Assembly: GCF_036321535.1 (NCBI RefSeq)
Contig: NC_087436.1
Location: forward strand, 87,670,001-87,734,000
From: Camelus dromedarius
Lineage: Eukaryota
Direction of reading: 5' to 3'
Length of the DNA: 64,000 nt
A model generated the notes under the pieces. The model made no database searches and was not told where the DNA came from. It saw only the letters and a program-made list of their open reading frames with translations. Positions 54,800 to 64,000 of the stretch are shown in pieces (within the stretch, counting starts at the first letter, position 1; each line of letters opens with the position of its first letter). Made by a program: the position numbers and the translations under genes.

Positions 54800-55680
54800 A
54801 TTTTTCTATAAAGTTTTTATTTTAAAAAATTTCAAATGTACAGAAAAGTTGAAGAAATAGTAACTAAGCACCCACATGCCCACCTCGGTTCACCGTGAAC
54901 ATGGTCATGCTTGTGCGCCCCTCACACGTGCACTTTTTTCTGTACCACTCGCAAAGTACATTGCCAACATAATGCCGCTTTACTCCTGAATGCTTAAATA
55001 CCATCATCATTCTTAATATTCTAGAAACGTTAACTTTCTTAGCTAATGCATGGCCAATGTGCAATTTCCCAACTGTCTTTACAGCTGCTGCTTTCTTCCC
55101 ATCTGGGACCCACTCAAAGCTCACGCATCACTATCAGCTATCTCCTTAGTCTCTGCAAGGGTGTCCTGCCCTTTTTCTGTCTGTCTTGACAATGTCATTT
55201 TTGAAGATACTAGACTTCTTGTTTTGCAGAATCTGTTTGTCAGGTAATTTCCCTGTGATTCCCTGAGGTTGAATGACACTCCACGTGATGTCCTTCTCAG
55301 TACACCCCCACGAGGAGGCTCATATGTCAGTGTGCCCTGCCACTGGTGATGCCGCCAGAATACCACTTGGAGAAGGTAATGTCCGCCAGTCTCCACTTAA
55401 TGGTACCCTTCCCCACTCTGAAACAGGATGTAATCTGGGGATGATTCCTTGAGACTGTGACTCCTGTTCCTCAGAAACCTCTCACCGGATGGTTTTAACA
55501 TCTGCTGAGGATCCCTGCCTGAATCCATTTTACATTTGAAGATGCAGAATGGTGCTTTTTCTAACTCTATCATGTTTTTACACTTTCTGGCTGGAATTGT
55601 TCTAGAAAGAAGAGTTTTACACACCACCTTTCTTATTTTCTGGACTTAAAGATTTTTGCTGTTTATTCAGTGTTGTCATC
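54800..55680 (-). mobile_element. Old L1MC/MD-like 3' end
   Basis: tttttattttaaaaaatttcaaatgtacagaaaagttgaag start typical of an antisense L1M 3'UTR. Confidence 0.65.
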
Positions 55681-56379
55681 TGTTACTGTCTTCATTATTT
55701 TTGATGCACAATTTGTCCTCACTTGGGCAGTGGCCCCTTCGAGCTGGCTCCAGGGTCCTTCTGACGTGTCCCCAACAGTCTCTGAGCATGTCCTTGCTTT
55801 CCGGCACAAAATATTCCAGCTCACCTTGTACTCTCTCTAGACTAGACTTGAATCAGCCATTTCTCCAGGGAGCCCTGGTGATGATAACCTATTTTCACAA
55901 GTAAGTGACATACTGTTTATTTTCCTTAAGGAAGTAGACTAACTGGTTATTTTACAAACTAATTTTCTGTTCATAATATCTAGCCCTTAACAATGAGAAC
56001 CAAGAGTCACTGTTTTCACTGGTGATGTGAAAGCTTTTCAATGCTAAATGTGTTTCCTTGTGTTTCTCTGTAGAGCTTCTACATACTAAGTATGGATAAT
56101 ACATATTACAGATATTATCAACATAAGTATTTAAATACTTTATAAATTAAAATATGGTTCATAACAGAGAACACTGATGTATTTTTAGCAATAAGTTTGT
56201 GAAAGCTTTTTTGTAGCTATCTACAAAAAATCTTCCTGATCCACTGAGATGATAAAATATCTAAAAGCCAAAAGTTAAAGTAAATGTATCATTTCTGTGA
56301 GTCTACAACAATTTAGAATGTCCTTTATTTCTTCATGTTTGAAAATTTAAAAAGATTAAAATTAGACAATTTTAGAAGT

Positions 56380-56800
56380 CAGAAAAGGTTCTTTTAAGGG
56401 ACTGACATGTAAGCTGAGAGCTGAAAGATAAGCAGAAACTAGATGTTTTTGGAGGAGAGGGCTTTCCAGATTACAGGACAGTATGTGCAAAGGCCCAGTG
56501 GCAGAAGGGAGCATACCAAGTCCAAAGACTAAAAGAAAACCATTTTGACTAGACTGGGTAGAGTAGTACAAGATGAAGCTGAAATGGAGCCAGACCACAA
56601 AGGGTTTCGGTGGTCCACAGTGGGTTTTTTGGATTTGGGTTGTTTTTTTTTTAAATCCTGGAAACAATGGAAGCCACCCCCTACCATGGGAGAGACCATA
56701 ACCAGGCTTCCATTCTGAAAAGCCCATACTGGATCTGTGTGTAGAAGGGTTAGGAAAGGAAAAAAAGAGACTGATGGATAACCTAGTTAGAGATCTAATG
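56380..56800 (-). mobile_element. L2 fragment
   Basis: gtatgtgcaaaggcccagtggcagaag...aatggaagcca pattern. Confidence 0.55.
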
Positions 56801-57411
56801 CCAGAACCGAAATGAGGGTGATGAAGGCTAAACGGATACACAAGAACGCAGTGAGTGGGGGTCTCAGAGGCAGGAGTGGGAGCAGGGCTTACGTCGCATT
56901 GGGCACTCTACCGTATGGTTTGATTTTCCCAGCATGTATATAAATAACATATTTTATTAGTAGTAACATCGGGGAGGGTCAAAGAGGAGGGAAATCAGCT
57001 AACCCCAAAACATCTAAGGCCAAGGTTCCCCGGCTCCCAGGAAGAAGAGCAGTTGTTTGTTTCAACTGATTCTAGAGCAGGAACCACTCATTTATACAAC
57101 CGCTGCACGGCTAACAGAAAGCAAAGTCGTTTCAAGACAAAACGTGAAGTTCTGCAGCATGCCGGGAGTGAGTCCAGCCGTGCTGGCAAAAGACATCAAG
57201 AAAGACGCTCACAGATCTTGTCTGGTGTGTCAAGCATAAACTGCCCAAAGTAGGTTTTTCACATCATGTATCACTAAGGATGGTTACATGGGTTAGAGAT
57301 GATACTGTCAATAAAGAGTTCAACCTGCTTTAAAAGGGGCTTTGTCTCATGGAGCTATGGACTAACCCCCACCAGGGAGACAGCTGCTAAGTCCCCAGGT
57401 CCGAACCGCAG

Positions 57412-57429
57412 GCTGCCACCTAGTGGCCA
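57412..57429 (-). promoter_or_regulatory. Candidate CTCF site TGGCCACTAGGTGGCAGC
   Basis: Near-consensus match to the CTCF core CCASYAGRKGGCR; motif evidence only. Confidence 0.6.
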
Positions 57430-59529
57430 CTCGACAAGGCCACCTGCAGAGGGACTTGTTAGAACAAAGGGGCTGTGAAGAACCGGGCCTGGCCTGAGAC
57501 TTTTCGAAAGTAGCCACATCATTTAACCCACTTCCCCTGGCTTTTCTGTGTACCACAAATAAGAAAACTTGTGGGAGTCGTAGAGTGACAGTGTCACACC
57601 GCTAAGGAGCATCATTTCTCACAACAAAATATGCATGTATCATAGAATCATGGCTTTTTTGAGCTTTGCTGCTGTAACACATTCAGCAATAGGAATCCGG
57701 TCAATAATCCTCAAAGGTTATAAAATCAAAGGCAGTTCTACCCGACGACCCTGGGACAGGCTTTGCCCCTTCACTGAGTCAGCCCAAAGGTATTTTCCCA
57801 GTCCATCATTGCTTCTATGCAAAGTTAGCTGCAACTCTAACACACTTTATTTTTTTCGGTTTGGTTTTATTTACCTTAAACATCCCTGTAAGCTTAATTC
57901 ATCAGGGGTAACCTTAAACTCACATGTTGGAATGAGGCAATAAATGAAATAGTCGATTAAAACAAGAGCTGTGGCCTTCTCTGACTGAGGGGGACCCTGG
58001 AAGCCTGGGGATGGACGTTCCCTACCAGCTGCCGTCACTTCTTCCAAGACTCTCACAAGACGTGGCCCTGGAGAGGCCAAGCACACCACTGCTCTAGACA
58101 GTGTCAAGGAGACTGACTTCAGGTGCCCAGGGGAAGCCACATTTCATCACTTCACCACCCTGGTCTCAGGGACGCTTCCAGGGACACCAGGGAGTGGCAC
58201 AACTGATTCAAAACTGTCTGGTGCCAAAACTCATGGGCTTCTGATTTCTAGCATGCTCCTATTGTATGGTAATAATTTTTTTAGAAAGGTTTTGTTAAAT
58301 ACACTTTAATTACAGATTGAGCCCCAAAAAGTTCACTGGACAGGTTTAATAAAGCCAAAAATGAGCAAAAAAGGAAAAACAGAAGACAAAACAGATCATT
58401 CAAAGATGAACTACTTACCATCTTTAGAGCATAGAAATGATTAGCCTCTGAGTTTTCTTATTTACTGGGTGTACATACCTTGTACATTCAGTACTTAGTT
58501 AGTTAATTCAAGCAGCATAAAGAGAAATGACCTATTACTACTTTTGGATGTTTTGCCTGAACACTGCTTCCAAGCTCCTGCCCCAAATGGACTTTGTCTT
58601 GTTCCTGGCTTTTGTTTCACAGGACCTAGAATACTGTGCTTGGCACATCACTGCCATTTAAATATTTGCAGAACAAATGACGAATCTAGGAAGGCAGGAA
58701 GGAGAGGAGGGGCAGAAGTTCTTAAAACTTGAAATTGCACTATTTTTGAACTACAAAGAACCTTAAAGGTTATTCTGAGTAATCATCTTCACTTCGTTGA
58801 TAAGGAATCTAATCTTAGACTTTCACATGAAGAAAGAAAGCAGCTTCCTCAGTTCCTTTACAGTGGCTCGGGCTTGTCACCGCATCATGAAGTGCAAGGA
58901 CCCCGTGGCAGCATTCTACAGGAACCCACCTGCCACCTCCTGTGTCACAGAGAGTGGCGAGCAGAGTTACCGACAAAGAGTTTGCAGAACGCCCCCAACC
59001 CTGGGCCCCTCCCTGTGAACGTACAAATAGACTTCTTCCAGGAAACCACATATTTCAATTCCCAGGTGATGTGATCCTTAAAACGTGGGGAAGGCCTGGC
59101 AATGTGTAATATTCTTCGTAAAGGCAAATGTAAAAAAGAATCTAGAACAATACAAAAACGGATATTATACTCTCTTAAGACAAATAGAAATGTGCCTGAA
59201 AAAATGTTGATGGCACCTCCTCAAAAGCCTTGAATGAAATCTTAGTTTGGCTGTGCATTCATCATAACAAGGATCCTTAAAAAAAAAAAAAAGAGCAGCC
59301 ATCGTGCGCTCTATTTGGAAAGCAACAAAGAGAGGCAGCGTGGAGAGCAATGCAAGGGTTAGAAGGCTTAAAATCGCAAGGAGATGTTCCCCAACACAAC
59401 AAACACAATTTTGAGAGATTTCAGAGACTAACCCCAAAATTCTAGAGCAGGCTGAGAGGAAAGTGCATTTGTAAAAGGGTGATTTGGCTTTTATTTAAAA
59501 TTCATTTGTCATCAGGCAACAGTTGTTAG

Positions 59530-59745
59530 AGGAAGAATGTGACTTAAGAATCAGAAGTCTTAGGTTTTCTTCCCATTCCTACCACTTACTTTCAGAAATC
59601 ACGAATCCCCTCTAAGCCTCAGTTTCCTCATCTGTAAAATGTGCAGAAAAAAGCCTGAACTGTCGCGGGAGCCGTGAGGCTCAAATGAGAGAAATGTGAA
59701 AAGTCCTCACAAACTAAGGCACAGTGCAAATAAAGCATTATTACC
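59530..59745 (+). mobile_element. MIR SINE
   Basis: tctaagcctcagtttcctcatctgtaaaatg core. Confidence 0.75.
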
Positions 59746-60315
59746 AGGAGTAAATGGTCAATGATATTAAAAGTTGATCAGTTCCAAAATTATTTAAATA
59801 AAGCCATAAAACCATTTCAATTCCAATTTCAATCCAGGAAAACTAAAGTCTATTATTCCTGGTTCAAGTGAAAAGAAGAAGAGAAGTCCTTTCAGGCACT
59901 TCAGTTCCTACAGAAAGAATGAGCACTCCTCCCCCAGCATCATCTGAAACATTTCACCATCCACCTCAAGTGTGTCTTTCCCCGGATGACAGAGAAGAAC
60001 AATTTGTGTTTTCTTAAGTGAAACTCTTGGCAAGCACATAGGTAAACAACACACAGATACATATGCATGCAAGCACAAAGTGAACACATAAAACCACTGA
60101 CTTTCCTCATTCTGGGCCAGGTAAGAAAAACAGAATCCTTACCGTTACTATTTTTTTAATCACTAGGGTAAGGAAGTTCTAACTGTGCCCAGAGCTAATA
60201 TCAGAATATATAAAATAAAAGATAACAAATATCTTCACTTAAAAGTTATACTTTACTCAGTTGTTTCTCACTAACTGTACAGTAGGTGCTAATACTCTGA
60301 TTTTTAAGCTCTAAA

Positions 60316-60645
60316 CCTGTGCAGTCCGATACAGAAGACACTAGACACATGTGGGTACGGAGCACCTGAAACATAGCTAATGAAAACTGACATGCTCTGC
60401 AAATGTAAAATATACACACCGGATTTTGAAGTTTTAATATGAAAAAAGAAGGTAAAATAACTCACTGATTTTTAAAATATTGATTATATGTTGGAATGAT
60501 AATATTTTAGATGTTGTGGGTTAAATAAAATATACTAAAATGAATTTTACCTGTTTCTTTTTAATGTGGCTATTAGAAAATTTTAAATTATCTTTGTGGC
60601 TCACATATATGAGAAAAGGATGGCCTATTTTTATCGAGCTGCTCT
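60316..60645. mobile_element. hAT-Charlie MITE (MER33-like)
   Basis: ctgtgcagtccgatac...taaaatatacacaccggattttgaag...aatgtggctattagaaaattttaaatta. Confidence 0.8.
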
Positions 60646-60892
60646 AGAACACTAAAATAAACAATATACATTATATAAAGACCTTAATTGCTAAAATTCA
60701 TCCATAATAGCCCTCCTCATCGTATAAAAATGGGGCTTAGTCTTTACACCTATGGCCACAGATGAAGCCTGTCCACGGCACCTGGCTTTCCTCCAGTCAC
60801 CCAACCAGGGCTCGCCGAGATCCCAGCGGGGAGGCAGCCAGCAGGGAGAGGAGACCCCCGCCCGCCTGCCCCAGTGCAGCCTCAGGACTTAC

Positions 60893-60984
60893 TGTAGAGA
60901 AGTCATTCCTTTTAACCATTCCTGTAGAGTAAAATAACCCATGTTTTGTGCATCCAATTTCCAAGCTAGGACAAGCATAACTAC
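60893..60984 (-). CDS. DCUN1D4: DCN1-like protein 4, internal coding exon ([31 protein letters not shown]), 92 bp
   Basis: Minus-strand translation matches the DCUN1D4 PONY domain as recalled; acceptor aaacag| and donor |gtaagt; phase joins the next exon (CA+A = Gln). Upstream exons were not found in the window. Confidence 0.96.
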
Positions 60985-61137
60985 CTGTTTAAAAACAAAA
61001 CAAAACAGAAAGACCAATCAAATCAGGAGGACAGAGCTCAGCAAGTAAACACATGAATACCACGCCAAACGCTCCTGTTCATGGTAGTTTAGTCCCTGAA
61101 ACATGAACAGGGTAACTTCACAAATGAGTTCCAGTTT

Positions 61138-61264
61138 TGGGAGGAGGATACAGCTCAGTGGTACAGTACATGCACAAGGTCCTCAGTTCAATCCCCAGTG
61201 CCTCCATTAAAAAATAAATAAACAAACAAACAAATAAATAAATAAAAATGAGGTCCCACCCAAA
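61138..61264 (+). mobile_element. tRNA-derived camelid-type SINE with an internal deletion
   Basis: TSD AAATGAGTTCCAGTTT at 61122-61137 and 61265-61280. Confidence 0.88.
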
Positions 61265-64000
61265 AAATGAGTTCCAGTTTGGCAAACATCCAAGAGTTTG
61301 ATAATTCAGTCCACTGACAAGGGCTTGGAGAAACATGAACTCTTATGATGCATAACGGTGGAAGTGTAAGGGGCAATTCTCCCGAGGGCAATTCTGCAGT
61401 ATCTACCCAAATGGAAGCCAATTACTGACTCTGCAGTTTCACCAATGGAAACTTACAGACACACCAGCACAGGTACACAAACATGTCTACTCAACCATAT
61501 TCACTATAGTACTATTAGTAGTAGTAAAAGATTAAAAACAACCAAACGTCTATTAATAAAGGACTACTTAAATACTTCTTTGCTAAACACATTCCATACA
61601 AAATAGTACTATGCCACCAGCAAGACAAATGAGTGGAGCCATCCACACAAATATGGAACAGTTTCCAAGATCTGTTAAGTGAAAATGAAGAAAGCAAGGT
61701 GCAGAACCAAAAAGGCAGGCGGTAGGGAGCTGTATCACAAACACATCAATGTTTGCGAAGTCAACTACCTATACAGGGGTGGGGGGTGACGGGGGAGGTC
61801 TGATTTTAAAGCAGCTTAACACTCCACTTCAACAGCACCAGTCCTGGAACGGGCACAGGGTGAGTGACAGCCCAGACAATTCTCAGTGGGGCATCGCCCT
61901 CACTTTCAGTGGCTCTTCTGAAACTCTGCAGATATCAGGAACGGTGACAACTCTGGTTTTTGGCACTGCTCATCACTTTTTCACTTGGCTGCTTTGGAAA
62001 AGGTGGCACCAAGATAGTGATGATGAGTTTAATAAACACCTGAGGTATAAAAGACAAAATGACATTTCAAAGGCGCCTCCAGCTGCAAGCTCTCCAGGGC
62101 TCTGCACAGGGACAGGGCTGAGGCCGTCCCACATTCGGGGAAAGAGGAAGCCCTCTCACCTTATCTACCTCAAAGACTCAGGGTAAGATGAAGAGTAACT
62201 GAAAAAGGAAGTGAGCCCCTCCTAGAGAGGTGAAGAAGACAGGGCCTTCCCGGTCCTGCCACTCTGCAGGGCTGATCACCTCTGGACAGTTGTTCATACA
62301 TAAGGGAACCCAAATGCGAAGTTGGACATCACGTCAACACTGCTGAATGGCTGTATCTCCATTCGTTGTTATTAAAAAAAAAAAAAAAGGCAGTGGGAAG
62401 AAAATAAATATTTCTGGAATACAGCTGGCCAGGGACTAGCATACTTGGCATTTAGCAGTTAACCTGATTTCTTTATACTGGACCTAATGGTTTCATTTCA
62501 ACTACTAGAAGAACTGCCCCAAACCATTAAACCACAACCCATGTGCCCAACTGGGTCAGCTGATGGTGCTAGTGAAAGGAATCCGGCTGATATAACATGA
62601 AAAAATGAGGCGAGCAGCCACTCAGAAATCACTTTAGATGATTTAATTAGCCTCAAGAGCCAACAGGCACGTTACGAACTCCAGAACAGCAGCATTCAGG
62701 AGGTCCAGAAGGTCTGTCCTTTTAACTGCCAACAAGCTGGTCTGTAGACTAAATCTCAAGCTTTGTCTAATTTATAACTGGAAGATTAATAAAAAGCTTT
62801 CTCTTGATGCTAACTTTACGATTTTCTACGCTGGAAATTAACACCAGTGAGAACCCACCAATCTCTAGGACCGTTCATCAAATATCAGTTAAATCAGTAC
62901 ATATCTTTTTTTAAAGTCACTAGGTTTTCTAGACTTTAAAAATCTAGATTATTGGGTAATTACTAGGACTGATAAGTGAACCAACTTTCCCACATATTGT
63001 GCACATCACAAAATATGATTGTTAAATAGGTTAAAAATGGTGACTTAAAGAGACCAATGGCCTAAGAAGAATTTCCCAAAAAGAAGAGGTTACAAGTTCT
63101 TCAAACTTCTCACACATAGAGGATTTTTCTCCCCGTCCCTCGGCTTTTCTTGGAACTCTGACTTCTGTATATCAACTTACCTAGTGAACTAACCTACATT
63201 TCCTAATTCAAACTTGGTATTTTCTCAAACAATATCTACACTCAGTCCTCTATTAGAAAGTTTAAAAATTCCATTATTAAACACTTCTTAAGTTAAAAAC
63301 AAACGGTTATAGTAAAGGAACACACATACACACAAGTATGTATGAAATGCGGCCAAACAGCCAAAGCAGAGACTTGTAGCGGGTATTTCTTTACACAAAA
63401 GAGATCTTATATCAGGACAGCTAATAAGAAAGCTAACTACTTAAAGGATTTTGCTGCTACCTTAGTAAATGAAAGCTGACCTGAATTTTACAAGCCTGCT
63501 TATATTTCATAAGCTATAAATATCAGGCCAGGTGAGGGTTTTAAATACTTTAAAGTGCTTACTCATCAATGCAGACAAGCCTTTAAAAATCTACTTCAGC
63601 GCTCGTTTTTCAAACAACTTCTGAAATTGGGATGCATCCACAATTGATGGCTTATCAGAATTTATTCAGCAACATTTTTCCTTTTTAGTGATGATATAAA
63701 ATAATAAAACTTCTATTAGCGGCATCTTCTAATTGAAGTGCAGTAATAAGTACTTTGGAATAATAGTCTAAATTCAGTCTTTCAGCCTTCAGCATGATTC
63801 AACATTTCAAGACTATTTCTATTCCTACAGAAATACAGCACTAAAGGACTCACCACTGCCAAAAAGGGATAATAACGGCAGCTTTTTTTTTTTTTTTTTT
63901 TTTTTTTTGAGTACTGGTGTCTGGGGGTAAGGAACTTTCAAGGCCAGGCCTCCCTTTTTCCCCCCGGTTAGAATCTGCCCCTGAGAGTAAGTGCCCCCTG

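Overview
Mammalian genomic DNA, very probably camelid, judging by tRNA-derived Vic-type SINEs and a matching young L1. The right part carries the 3' half of DCUN1D4 on the minus strand: five coding exons at 60984-40462 and a ~3.3 kb 3'UTR ending near 37175. The left ~37 kb is intergenic and repeat-rich (L1, L2, MIR, ERV1/ERVL/MaLR, hAT and mariner fossils); I found no protein-coding exons there. Most notable: (1) an 819-bp inverted repeat pair (5652-6470 / 15452-16270, ~98.5% identical, not a recognisable TE) around a ~9-kb old spacer, with traces of older homology beyond the arms; (2) an open, in-frame 105-nt last intron of DCUN1D4 that interrupts the cullin-binding motif; (3) a TSD-flanked L1 with intact ends but a very short, possibly spliced 5'UTR, inserted just past the DCUN1D4 poly(A) site; (4) an ancient RTE-clade LINE fossil. 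Repeat family names come from recalled consensus features, not database searches.
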